In this document: piece after piece, positions 39,430 to 49,200 of the stretch | Layout of the letters: every line of letters starts with the position of its first letter | How positions within the stretch are numbered: position 1 is the first letter of the stretch | Source: Bryobacterales bacterium | GTDB taxonomy: Bacteria > Acidobacteriota > Terriglobia > Bryobacterales > Bryobacteraceae | Length of the DNA stretch: 64,000 nt | Direction of reading: 5' to 3' | Assembly (NCBI GenBank): GCA_963738345.1 | Contig: CAVTWI010000002.1 | Coordinates: 3,421,860-3,485,859, forward strand | Notes under the pieces: model-generated | Told to the model about the DNA's origin: nothing | Database searches by the model: none | Seen by the model: only the letters and a program-made list of their open reading frames with translations | Position numbers and translations under genes: made by a program

Positions 39430-42400
39430 TTATTTGCCCGAGTAAGTAATCCACATTGGCGATACCCATACGATCTCGCCGTTATCCTGCTCGCCACGCA
39501 CGTAGTAGTAACTGGTCTTTCCCTTAGACGGTGAATTGTCCCGCCAGGAAAACTCCACTTTGTCGGTACCGGGTTGGGTGGAGTACACATACTCGTTGTC
39601 TTTCACCACTACGACTTTTGCGAACTTAGCAGTGCCTTCCAGTTTGACGTGGAGGTTGGGGGCCTCCGCGGTGGTAAACACATCGCCCATCAGGTTGGGC
39701 CCGCTCCGCACGTCGGCAAGGATGTTGTCGGTTGACCCATAGACATGACGCTTCTCAAAAGCATCCAGCACGGATTCGCGCGTCAGATCCTTAGCCAGCA
39801 GATTGCAGTAACTCATGTGGGTGGAAATGTGGTCCGAACTGGCCTGAAAACCCAATTTGTAGCCCTTGGCGAGAGCCAGGTTCACGAAGCCTTTGGGACG
39901 CCAATTGCCAATGGAATCCTTCTCGGAGTTGGCGCGCGGGCCGTCGGGTATTTCGTAGTTCTGGCGATCGCCCTGGTAGATTTCGACCACGGGTTCGGCC
40001 ACCGGATCGTTGTCGCGCCAGTCCGTACCCATCGCGGTAGCGCTGGTATGCGAGGCGCCGATGCCATGGAAATATTTCAAATACGCGTAGAGGTTTAACG
40101 TGTCGGGCGCGTGACCGGTGAACTGTTCGGTGGTGATGGGCATGCGCGGCAGGGTGCGAACGCCGCGTTGCGCGAAGATTACGTTGCGATGCCCTTCGGG
40201 ATAATTGACGCTCCGTTCATAGCTGAACATCGGGACGAACTTACCCGGAGAATAGAAGATATCGGTCAGTTTCTGACTAATCCACCAGGAGTACTCGCGT
40301 CCTGCGCCGTTGTCATGATCGCAGCATCCCACCCAATCGAGGGCGCCGGCGTCGAGGACGTAGCGGTATTGATCGAGGATCGTGCCGTCGCCACCGCCGT
40401 CCATAGAGATTTCACTGTGACGGTGGAATTCACCGCGGACAATTTTCAATTCCGACTGACTGCCTTCTTTATAACCGCGAAGCCTGCTGACGAGGCCGAG
40501 GTCGGTTTTATCTGCCACTTCCGGCCCAGCTTGTTCGATGGGTCTGGCCTCTTTGAGCGCAGCCGGCTGCGCGGCGGGGCCGAGATCGATTTCGTTGGCG
40601 TATAGGTCGTTATTATACGGATCGCTTTTGGAGGTCGCAGTGATGCCCAGTGGAGAACTGACATTCTCACCAAGATAGAATTGACGGCGATTGTCGGAGG
40701 ATCCGAGCACTAAGAGTTGGCCCGGCTTGGTGGAAACCAATGCTGGACGATTGTCTAATATGTTATCGGTGTGATTCAGATAGATCGGCTGGCTCCAGGA
40801 CTTGCCGTCGAAGGAGACCAGGTGTTCGGTCCAGACGGTGCCGAGGATGCTCCACCAGATGGGATGGGCGCTGCGAAAGGCCAGCCAGATGCGGCCGGAG
40901 GCATCCACCGTAAGGCGGGGCAGGGTGTTGCGGGCATTCTGCATGTTACGGGCGGCACGGTCGGCCTCGCGCGTCTGCGCGTTCTTCGGATCGGGATCGA
41001 GTTTCTCGAAGTCCTTCTGCACGCCGGCTTTGTCCAGATGAATATTGGCGAACCCGGGGAGGACTGCGCTCAGGTCACCGGCAGTTTCGACGGCACGCCC
41101 ATCGGATTCGAAGCCCCGCAGGCGGATGGCGCGGCCCTGATAGACGGCCACACCGCTGGTGGCATAGGCGCCGAAGTCTTTGCCCCAGCCCTTACCCCCC
41201 TCTTCGTAGGCCACCCACAAGCGGCCCTCGCCATCATACGCGACCGACGGATACGCTTCGTAGCGCGCGGAGGCGGCGACGGGGGTTTCGGCACCCCAGT
41301 TTCCCGCTGCCGCGGTGCGGAAGTAGACGTCGTAATTCTGATTCCGATAAGAATCCCACGCCACCGTCACGCGGCCTGTTTTGTCGGCGGCGATAGCGGG
41401 ATTCCACTCGTTACCTTCGGAGTTGGACACTGCCGTAGAGGCGCTGAACTTATTGCCGCTCTGGGAGGCGGCGAAGATCGACGCACGCCCGCTGCGCCAA
41501 CCTTGCCATGCTACCCAGACGTTGCCAGCGGAGTCAGTGGTGGCGACGGGGTCGATATCCGACCCGGGATCGCTCGAGATCTGGACCTTGGCGCCAGGAA
41601 CGCCGTTCGAGATCACACGTCCAAAAATTTCGAAGTTCGCTTGCGATCCGGCGGGGCGGACGTTCTGTGCCCAGAAGACCCAGGGCCTTCCCTGCCCGTC
41701 AATGGCGATGGCCGAGCGATACAAATCTCCGCCGGCGGGAGTAACGGCAATGGGAGCGCCCCACGCGCCACCAGTATATTGGCGGGCGAAGATCTGATCG
41801 CCACCGGTCGGACTTTTCCAACGCGAGAAATCTTTGGGAGCGGTGTCGAGTGCGGCGCGCAGGGCATTGTGGTCGGGGTTGTGATGAAACTGGACGTAAG
41901 CCATCCATACTTCGCCGTTCTTGCCTACGGCGGCTGAGGGATAATCCTCTTCCTCGGAGGTTTTAGTGAGCTGAGTACTTGCGGGGACGCGGTCGACGAC
42001 TACGCGGCCGTCCAACTTCGAAACGGTCTTGGCGTAGGCCACTTCGTCCAAGGCGATGTTGAAGTCACCCTGCGCGGTGGTCAGTTTCAGTTCCGCGCCG
42101 GATCCCGATCCGGATAGGTTTACGATGATCCCGTTGGCGACAATGCTGCTGACGCCTTGCGCGGAGATCTGGGTGCCGCCACCAAACAGGCGGATGGGAT
42201 GCGTATTCAAGTGCCAAGTGTTTCCCACCAGCGCATCAGTGCCCTCGAAGCGCCACGGCTCGATGGAAGCAATCTGCGCACCCTGCGCGGAGATGGTCCC
42301 ATCCCAGCGGATAGGGCCTTTATCGTTCACTCCGAAGAGAATGCGTACGCTGATTTGGGCTTGGGCGGCGGTGGCAGCAATCAGGACTGCTCCGAGGGTG

Positions 42401-42432
42401 GCGCAGGCTTTACCGATGATTGTTTCACGCAT
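39430..42432 (-). CDS. secreted beta-propeller + PHP-type metallo-phosphoesterase, paralog 3
   Basis: Near-identical architecture and motifs to paralog 2 (GEVWMAYVQFHHNPDHNALRA..., IVRGEFHRHSEISMDGGGDG, CCDHDNGAGREYSWW); 9-nt gap to paralog 2. Confidence 0.65.
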   Translation of the reverse strand: MRETIIGKACATLGAVLIAATAAQAQISVRILFGVNDKGPIRWDGTISAQGAQIASIEPWRFEGTDALVGNTWHLNTHPIRLFGGGTQISAQGVSSIVANGIIVNLSGSGSGAELKLTTAQGDFNIALDEVAYAKTVSKLDGRVVVDRVPASTQLTKTSEEEDYPSAAVGKNGEVWMAYVQFHHNPDHNALRAALDTAPKDFSRWKSPTGGDQIFARQYTGGAWGAPIAVTPAGGDLYRSAIAIDGQGRPWVFWAQNVRPAGSQANFEIFGRVISNGVPGAKVQISSDPGSDIDPVATTDSAGNVWVAWQGWRSGRASIFAASQSGNKFSASTAVSNSEGNEWNPAIAADKTGRVTVAWDSYRNQNYDVYFRTAAAGNWGAETPVAASARYEAYPSVAYDGEGRLWVAYEEGGKGWGKDFGAYATSGVAVYQGRAIRLRGFESDGRAVETAGDLSAVLPGFANIHLDKAGVQKDFEKLDPDPKNAQTREADRAARNMQNARNTLPRLTVDASGRIWLAFRSAHPIWWSILGTVWTEHLVSFDGKSWSQPIYLNHTDNILDNRPALVSTKPGQLLVLGSSDNRRQFYLGENVSSPLGITATSKSDPYNNDLYANEIDLGPAAQPAALKEARPIEQAGPEVADKTDLGLVSRLRGYKEGSQSELKIVRGEFHRHSEISMDGGGDGTILDQYRYVLDAGALDWVGCCDHDNGAGREYSWWISQKLTDIFYSPGKFVPMFSYERSVNYPEGHRNVIFAQRGVRTLPRMPITTEQFTGHAPDTLNLYAYLKYFHGIGASHTSATAMGTDWRDNDPVAEPVVEIYQGDRQNYEIPDGPRANSEKDSIGNWRPKGFVNLALAKGYKLGFQASSDHISTHMSYCNLLAKDLTRESVLDAFEKRHVYGSTDNILADVRSGPNLMGDVFTTAEAPNLHVKLEGTAKFAKVVVVKDNEYVYSTQPGTDKVEFSWRDNSPSKGKTSYYYVRGEQDNGEIVWVSPMWITYSGK

Positions 42433-42472
42433 GTTAGTTTCCGGTTACCTCGACGTTGTAAACTACAAAACC

Positions 42473-43507
42473 TTACGCAGCGCGTTCGATGACTTTGGGA
42501 GTGTCAGTGCGGACGACGGGTCCATCGGCAGCCAGTTCGCTGCCGGGAACATTTGATTTGACGATGGGCCAGAGCAACTGCGCATACCATTCGTCCTTTT
42601 GGTAATGCGAGATGCCATAGGAACTCGGGTAACGCCGGGAGATGTGAGCGGTACCGAAGAGCATGTCCCACAGGAAAAACATATTGCCGAAATTGCCCTT
42701 GTAGAAGCCCACGCCGTCGTCCGTAGTGTCAGCGTGGTGCGCGTGATGGGTAGCGGGCGTGGAGACCAGGCGTTCCAGGACCCAAGCCAGCGGATGGAGC
42801 ACTCTATGTTGGTAGGGAGGACGATCCCACGGGATGCTGGAGTGGGCCAGCGTAGTGATGATGCTCTTCAAGGCCAGCGCGAAAATGGATGGCGCACCGA
42901 GCCCCAGATATACCAGCGCGGCGGTTAGGTAGGTCTGGGAGAAGAAGACGGTATAGAACAAATTTTGGCGGCTGGACATAGCCATACCCATGTAAGAAGC
43001 CGAGTGATGGGTACGATGGAACCGCCACAGCCAAGGTATTTCGTGATGCAAGCGGTGGTACCAATATTGAGTGAGGTCATCGGCGACACAGATGATGAGG
43101 AAACCCCAGATAAACGGCACCCAGGCAAAGCTGTTTCTCATGCCCGGCAGAACCAGGGGCAGTAGTTTCAAGGTGGCATAAGCGGTAAGGGGCTTCACCA
43201 CCAAGTGGGGTAGCGCGAAGGAGGCGATATCCAGCAGCCGTTCGTTCTTGTTCCAGCGGTTCTCATAGAGGCCCAGAGAGAATTCGACCACACCTAACAA
43301 CAGAACGAAGAGACTGAGGCCGTAGGCGTTGAACGAGTTCAACGCTGTTTCGAGCGACGCGCCGACATGCTGCGGCGAGGCCCCGATGGGCTGTTGGCCC
43401 TTTATATAAAGGGCCAGGAACATCAGAAAAACAGGGAGCACATAAATGAGAAGGCTCAACAGCGCATTGCGAACGATACGGTTTCGCGTTTTAGCTTCCA
43501 GTTTCAT
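42473..43507 (-). CDS. sterol desaturase / fatty-acid hydroxylase superfamily membrane protein
   Basis: His boxes HRLHHEIPWLWRFHRTHH and HHAHHAD; multiple TM helices. Confidence 0.7.
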   Translation of the reverse strand: MKLEAKTRNRIVRNALLSLLIYVLPVFLMFLALYIKGQQPIGASPQHVGASLETALNSFNAYGLSLFVLLLGVVEFSLGLYENRWNKNERLLDIASFALPHLVVKPLTAYATLKLLPLVLPGMRNSFAWVPFIWGFLIICVADDLTQYWYHRLHHEIPWLWRFHRTHHSASYMGMAMSSRQNLFYTVFFSQTYLTAALVYLGLGAPSIFALALKSIITTLAHSSIPWDRPPYQHRVLHPLAWVLERLVSTPATHHAHHADTTDDGVGFYKGNFGNMFFLWDMLFGTAHISRRYPSSYGISHYQKDEWYAQLLWPIVKSNVPGSELAADGPVVRTDTPKVIERAA

Positions 43508-43680
43508 GAGGTCTTCCTATTTCGATTGCCCGGCGCGAACGGACTTCGCACGAGTGGCTAAGGCCGTTTGGGAAAGCTGGAGTGCGCCAAGCAGCAGAGT
43601 CAGCGGTACGAGCGTAATGACCAGGCCCACGACGACTTTTTTCCCAAGGAGTGACAAATCGGAGAAGCGCATAGACGGCG

Positions 43681-45231
43681 TTATCCAGCCTTTTCATTGA
43701 AACTGCCACCAGTGATGGGCCAGCCCGAAGCGATGTACTGCTCGAGCTTGGCGTGAAGTTCCTTCACCACGGACGGATTGTCGTCCGCCACAGTCTTCAG
43801 TTCTTCGGGATCGTTCTTCCGGTTATAGAGCTGAGGCTTGTACTGGCCTACATATTTTTCACGATTCCAGATGGCCGAGTAATTCCATTCGGGCGTGCGT
43901 ACGGCGGCGATATAACCGTAGGCCTGCACGACGTGATCGCGCGTGTTGGCTTGTTCGCCAGTGACGAAAGGCCAGAGATCTTTGCCGGTGACGCGCGAAG
44001 GCGGTTTCAGGTTCAGCCGCCCAAGAATAGTGGGTGCGATGTCCGGTATCTGAACGAAGCCAGGCACGCGTTTGCCGGCGAACTGATTTCCGGGCACCTT
44101 CATTAGAAGTGGGATATGGGTGACCTGCTTGCGGAGCCTTTCGGGACCTTTGACAAACTGCCCCTGCTCGCCGAGCAAAGCGCCGTGATCGGACATAAAG
44201 ATCACTACGGAGTTTTCGAGCAAACCCAAATCGGCTACGGTGTTCAGGATCTTGCCATACCAATGATCGACATTGGACGCTTCGCCCGCATAATTCGCAC
44301 GCAAGCGTTCGATTCCTTCGGGCGGTACATGAGCGCTGCTATAGGGCGGTTCGGGCCAGGCGTGAGGGCCTGGCTGCCTCATGTACTTCTCCAGGAACTC
44401 ACGCGGGGGATCCCAAGGCTCATGCGGATCGAAGGCTTCGACGTGCAGGAAGAACGGACCTTCATGGTGGTTCTCCTTCAGCCAAGTGATCGCTTTGCGG
44501 GAGGTTTGCTCCACGATGGAATCGCCATCCTGCAGCCACCGTTTCCTATTGGCAGTGTACTGATTCAGGAAGGTACGGAAGTCCTGACCCTTGCCGAATT
44601 GAGCGTTCAGTTCGGGCTGGCTCAGATAGTCAGCCGGATAGAGATCTAGAAAGTCGGGTTGTTTGCGGGGCGCCTGGCCGTAGAAATCCACTTCCTGTCC
44701 ACGAACCCAATCGAAGTGTCCGTAGCCTTTATGAAAATTGCGGCCGGGCCTTTGCAGGTGGGGAAGGTCGGCGATCAGCGCAGTGACGTAGCCTGCTTCA
44801 GTCAGGACCTCACTCAGAGTGACATCTTCGTTATAGAGTTGATGCCAGCCGGGCAACTGGACTGGCTCAGGCTGCTGATAGTAGTAAGTGGGAACAATCC
44901 GCCGACCGGTGTATAGTTGCCGTCGGATCGGAATAGTTGGCATGCCCTCCGGGTAAGCGTCTTCGAAGATAGCAGCCTGTTGGGCGAAGCGATTCAGATT
45001 GGGGCAGTCGACCCACTGGCTGCCGTAGGCCGCAAGGTTATCCGCGCGGAAGGTATCGGAAACCAGAAGGATAACATTCAGATTGTTTCCTTGCTGTTGG
45101 GGGGGGCGCTCCCAATGGGAACCCCCCGTAGTTCCGGCTTGCGGAGCAGCAACGGCTCCGCCCGGAATGCCCGCCAAGCCGGCTAGGGCGCCCGCACCCT
45201 TCAAGAGACTACGTCTCGTAGTGTTGCTCAT
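43681..45231 (-). CDS. alkaline-phosphatase-superfamily 'sulfatase-like' hydrolase/transferase with Thr in the nucleophile position (TxPxR), Tat-secreted
   Basis: Tat signal MSNTTRRSLLKGAGALAGLAG. Sulfatase-fold N-terminus NVILLVSDTFRADNLAAYG...AYPEGMPTIPIRRQLYTGR, where the canonical C/SxPxR motif is TIPIR. Confidence 0.6.
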   Translation of the reverse strand: MSNTTRRSLLKGAGALAGLAGIPGGAVAAPQAGTTGGSHWERPPQQQGNNLNVILLVSDTFRADNLAAYGSQWVDCPNLNRFAQQAAIFEDAYPEGMPTIPIRRQLYTGRRIVPTYYYQQPEPVQLPGWHQLYNEDVTLSEVLTEAGYVTALIADLPHLQRPGRNFHKGYGHFDWVRGQEVDFYGQAPRKQPDFLDLYPADYLSQPELNAQFGKGQDFRTFLNQYTANRKRWLQDGDSIVEQTSRKAITWLKENHHEGPFFLHVEAFDPHEPWDPPREFLEKYMRQPGPHAWPEPPYSSAHVPPEGIERLRANYAGEASNVDHWYGKILNTVADLGLLENSVVIFMSDHGALLGEQGQFVKGPERLRKQVTHIPLLMKVPGNQFAGKRVPGFVQIPDIAPTILGRLNLKPPSRVTGKDLWPFVTGEQANTRDHVVQAYGYIAAVRTPEWNYSAIWNREKYVGQYKPQLYNRKNDPEELKTVADDNPSVVKELHAKLEQYIASGWPITGGSFNEKAG

Positions 45232-45244
45232 GTTTGTCTCGCTC

Positions 45245-48200
45245 TTAGAAGGTCAGATGGAGGCCAAGCTGTAGCTGCCGTTCCGGTGTGACGACAGTGG
45301 TGATGACACCGGTAGTGGCCACGCCGACCTTATTGTTCGGCAGCCCAAACTGCGGCGTATTAAAGAGATTGAAGGCCTGCGCGGTGAACTCAAGGTTGTA
45401 ACGCTCTTTGAAGGTGGCGGAGCGCAGTAATCCGAGGTCGTTGTTGAAGGTGTTGGGTCCGCGCAGAATATTGCGACCAGCATTGCCGTAAGTGTAGGCC
45501 GCCGGGGCCACGAAGGCTGAGCTATTGAACCAATCGCTGGGGCCCTGGTTCGCGGGATACAGCGCGGCCCCAGGTACTACGTTGGGGTGCGCGGTGGTCC
45601 CGGTATTGGTTGGGTCGAAACTCAGAATCGGAGTGAAGGGCAGCCCGGTCTGGTAGGAAGAAACTCCCGAAAGCTGCCATCCGCCGAGGATCGCACGTCC
45701 CACGCCCGGTTTGTTCAGCAAGGCCTTGCCGCGCCCGAAGGGCAATTCGTAAATGTAGCTCAAGGACAGGCGCTGCCTTACGTCAAAATTCGAATTGCCG
45801 TAGTTCGAAGTCCAATTGAAGGGATTCTGGGGTGCGTAGTCCAGGGAGTCGGAAACCTGCCCACCGTAATCGAACGAGTGGCTCCAGGTATACGCGCCGA
45901 GGAAGCTGAAGCCGCTGCGGAAGCGGCGTTCGACCTGCGCGATCATGGAATTGTAATTGGAGCGATCGAGCGGCAGATAGGCATTGATAGCGCTGTACAG
46001 AGGGAAGGGCCGCCGGGGACCGATGGCGCCGGGACCCGGTTGCGGCTGGTTGTAGTTAGGATCGACGTACAGATCGTGCGATGCGGACCCGACGTAGCCG
46101 AGTTGGGCGGTAAAACCACCACCTAGCTGCCGCTGGAGGTTGAAATTCCATTCATAAGTGTAGGGCAACGGCATGGAGATGGGCCACGAATTCACATTCG
46201 AGTTCGCAACGTTGTTCGGATTGCTGAGCAATCCGGCGGGAAGACCTTCATCCAGGGTGATCAGGGTGTGGATTTGATCTCCGGTAGCGATGGAGCGCAG
46301 GAAGTAGGGCGGATTATTGGTCGGCCGCGAAGAGATACCGAGGTTCTCGTCCGTGCGGCCGTAGAACAGACCGAAACCGCTGCGGATGACGGTTTTGGGA
46401 GTCAGTTGGTAAGCGAGACCAACGCGCGGGGCAAAGCCCTTGGTATCGGGAGTTGCGAAGGAGTTACGGAATCCGTACTGGCTGGCCTCCGCGGCGGTCA
46501 CGAGTTGGCCGTAGGCCGGACCAGGCTGCAGAATGAAATCGGAATAGTGATTGGACGTTTCATACCAGGGCATTGCCAGTTCGTAGCGAAGGCCCAGGTT
46601 CAGGGTCAATTTGGGAGATACTTTCCAGTCGTCCTGTATATAGCCTTCGTAGGTGTGCTGGCGGCTTTCATTTTCGGGACGCGTGGAGACTTGGTAATCG
46701 TTAACATCGCCCAGTAGGAAGTCCGCGAACGCGGAGCCGGTTCCGGCGCGGCTTTGCGGATTCTGTGTATACACACCAGTGAAGTCGAAAACCGGGCGGG
46801 CTTGCAACGTCACGTGGGCGTATAGGGTGACCTGCTCGAAATCAATTCCGAACTTCAGGGTATGACGCCCTTTCACCCACGAGAGGTTATCGAGGAATTG
46901 GATGTTCCGGCCTTGCTTATCGAGCGGCAAGTTGCCGGATCCGGTAGTTGCCAGCGGCAACGTGCCAGGTCCCGTGGTGCCCAGGGTATTGATCCCGCTG
47001 ATGGTAAAGGTGGGCAGGCCGTGAATCTCCGGGTAGTCCGGCGCCCCTTGGATTCCGTATTGGGAATCCAGATTGGTACCGCCAACCTGCTGTACTTCGC
47101 GCGTCTCCATATAGCCCATACGCGCTTCGTTGATTAAGTTGTTGCGGAAGATGTGGGTTTCGCTGGCGGCCACCGAGTGGGACTCGGTCCAGACGTCACT
47201 GGGCAAACTAGTGGGCGGGGGTAGTGGCGCCGGGAGAACGCTGCTCACGTCCTGCTTGGAGTAACGGACAAAGAAGGTGTCTTTCTCGTTGAAGCGGTGA
47301 TCGCCGCGGATGTTTCCCTGCTGGACGCCCAATCGCTCCGTCTGATCGGAGAGAAAGTTAGAAGCGCCGGTTAGATTCGGGAGCGGATAGAGCGACAGTA
47401 GATTAGCGGCCACGGGGTCCCATGCCGTCGAAGGGATTTTGTTCCCGGGGAACGGGGTGCGCACGTATCCGGAGCCGTTGGGGTTCGGGATAGTCGATGC
47501 AGGATCGTATACCGGTGTGCCGAAGATTCCCTGGCGCTGCTTCAGGGTGGGCACGGTAGCTAATTGCGGCGCTATTTCCACCGACTGCTGTTCCTGCCAA
47601 CTGGCAAAGAAGAACGTACGGTCTTTGATGATGGGTCCGCCAAAGGTAGCCCCAAACTGATTCTGGTTGTAGTTCGGCTTCTGACCGGCGACTTGGAAAT
47701 AAGGTTTTGCGTCGAAGAACGAGTTGCGCAGATATTCCCAGAGGCTGGCATGAAACTGATTGGTGCCGGATTTCAGAGTGACGTTGACTACGGCGCCGGC
47801 GGCTTGTCCGAACTCAGCCGAGAACGTGCTGGTCTGCACTTTGAATTCCTGTACGCCGTCGATGACAGGTTCGATCGATTGCGCGGCCGAGCCATCGAAT
47901 CCCACGATTTTGTTCTTATTGTCGATGCCGTCGAGGAGATACGTGTTCTGGATTTCGCGCGCGCCGTTGGCTATGAATGTATCGCGCTCAGCGCCGCGGC
48001 GTGACGGTGATGTGCCGGCGCCCAAGGTGGCGAGTTGGATGTAGTTACGTCCATTTAGGGGCAGGTTCTCCATGGTTTCCTGTTCGACTACCTGGCCCAT
48101 GGAGGAGTCTTCGGTCTGCATTAGGGGTGCGCCGCCCTCGACTGTGACGACAGTGGTGGTTTGGCCAGGGTTTAGGCTGAAGTCGATGTTGAGACGATCC

Positions 48201-48490
48201 TGAACGCGGAGGTCGAGATCGGTTTTGGTTTCGGTAGCGAAGCCGGCCGCCGAAGCGGAGACGCTGTATTTTCCGATGTGCAGAGAGGGCGCGGAATAGA
48301 ATCCGGCGCCGTTAGTGAGCAGCATGGAAACCGTTCCAGTGTCGGTTTGGGTGATCTTGACACTAGCGGACGCGACAACGGCTCCGCTGGAGTCTTTGAC
48401 CGTCCCGGAGATGGCGCCTGTGTCAAGCTGTCCGTAGAGAGCGGGTGTAGCGGCGAGCAGCAGGCTAGCCAGGATGTATCTGTAGCGCAT
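45245..48490 (-). CDS. TonB-dependent receptor with N-terminal carboxypeptidase-regulatory-like (CarboxypepD_reg) domain
   Basis: Signal peptide; GAISGTVKDSSGAVVASASVKITQTDTGTV; ~1080 aa beta-barrel ending ...QLQLGLHLTF (aromatic C-terminus). Confidence 0.8.
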   Translation of the reverse strand: MRYRYILASLLLAATPALYGQLDTGAISGTVKDSSGAVVASASVKITQTDTGTVSMLLTNGAGFYSAPSLHIGKYSVSASAAGFATETKTDLDLRVQDRLNIDFSLNPGQTTTVVTVEGGAPLMQTEDSSMGQVVEQETMENLPLNGRNYIQLATLGAGTSPSRRGAERDTFIANGAREIQNTYLLDGIDNKNKIVGFDGSAAQSIEPVIDGVQEFKVQTSTFSAEFGQAAGAVVNVTLKSGTNQFHASLWEYLRNSFFDAKPYFQVAGQKPNYNQNQFGATFGGPIIKDRTFFFASWQEQQSVEIAPQLATVPTLKQRQGIFGTPVYDPASTIPNPNGSGYVRTPFPGNKIPSTAWDPVAANLLSLYPLPNLTGASNFLSDQTERLGVQQGNIRGDHRFNEKDTFFVRYSKQDVSSVLPAPLPPPTSLPSDVWTESHSVAASETHIFRNNLINEARMGYMETREVQQVGGTNLDSQYGIQGAPDYPEIHGLPTFTISGINTLGTTGPGTLPLATTGSGNLPLDKQGRNIQFLDNLSWVKGRHTLKFGIDFEQVTLYAHVTLQARPVFDFTGVYTQNPQSRAGTGSAFADFLLGDVNDYQVSTRPENESRQHTYEGYIQDDWKVSPKLTLNLGLRYELAMPWYETSNHYSDFILQPGPAYGQLVTAAEASQYGFRNSFATPDTKGFAPRVGLAYQLTPKTVIRSGFGLFYGRTDENLGISSRPTNNPPYFLRSIATGDQIHTLITLDEGLPAGLLSNPNNVANSNVNSWPISMPLPYTYEWNFNLQRQLGGGFTAQLGYVGSASHDLYVDPNYNQPQPGPGAIGPRRPFPLYSAINAYLPLDRSNYNSMIAQVERRFRSGFSFLGAYTWSHSFDYGGQVSDSLDYAPQNPFNWTSNYGNSNFDVRQRLSLSYIYELPFGRGKALLNKPGVGRAILGGWQLSGVSSYQTGLPFTPILSFDPTNTGTTAHPNVVPGAALYPANQGPSDWFNSSAFVAPAAYTYGNAGRNILRGPNTFNNDLGLLRSATFKERYNLEFTAQAFNLFNTPQFGLPNNKVGVATTGVITTVVTPERQLQLGLHLTF

Positions 48491-48612
48491 GGGTTTTGGT
48501 TAGATCCTCTAGTCTATAAGATTAGTAGTTTTTTATCCTACTCGCAGGATGCTTTTAGTGTAAAGACCCACTCGTATGTGGTGGCTAAATAAATGAAGAT
48601 AACGTTAGTCTT

Positions 48613-48641
48613 GTGTGTCAACGACACCAAGAAGACACACA
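48613..48641. promoter_or_regulatory. inverted repeat TGTGTGTC-N13-GACACACA in the AT-rich region upstream of the CarboxypepD_reg gene
   Basis: Read directly: ttgtgtgtcaacgacaccaagaagacacacaaag. Confidence 0.35.
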
Positions 48642-48700
48642 AAGTATAGTATTTCGCTTGACTATTGGCTATTGCGTGTTTTATTCTGGAAATTCAACAA

Positions 48701-49150
48701 ATGCGGATTTTGTTTCGATGGACGCTGTCTCTTTCCGTGGCGATGTCTGTGGCGCTTGCGGCAGAAGAGCGCAGAATTTCCGGCAGCGTTTTGACCGGGG
48801 ACAAGGAGGCCGTTTCGGGAGCGGTCGTCAGCGTTCTTCAGCCGCAGTCGGGATGGACGCGCGCAGTACTCTCGAATGCGCAGGGCCAGTTCTTTCTGCG
48901 GCTATCCCCCGGTGTTTATTTACTCGAGGCAAATAAACCGGGATATAAGCGGGTCCAGCGTAATGCGGTTGTCTCGGAAGGCAGTGACGCCTTGGCGATC
49001 GATCTGCGCTTGACCACGGATCCGGCTCCGCAGTCGATTGCCTTCCGAGCGGTCTGCACCCCGGATCAAGCGGACGGAAATGTCGAGCCTTTAGTGAACT
49101 GCACTACACGACTTCTGCTGCCGGTAATGTTCCCCCCAGTCCTGCCGTGA
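48701..49150 (+). CDS. secreted CarboxypepD_reg-like domain protein
   Basis: MRILFRWTLSLSVAMSVALAAEERRISGSVLTGDKEAVSGAVVSV...AQGQFFLRLSPGVYLLEANKPGY. Confidence 0.5.
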   Translation: MRILFRWTLSLSVAMSVALAAEERRISGSVLTGDKEAVSGAVVSVLQPQSGWTRAVLSNAQGQFFLRLSPGVYLLEANKPGYKRVQRNAVVSEGSDALAIDLRLTTDPAPQSIAFRAVCTPDQADGNVEPLVNCTTRLLLPVMFPPVLP

Positions 49151-49200
49151 GAGAAGTCTCAGCGGTCTCTCGAACTTCGTGATACTCTGTCGTTCGGGGG

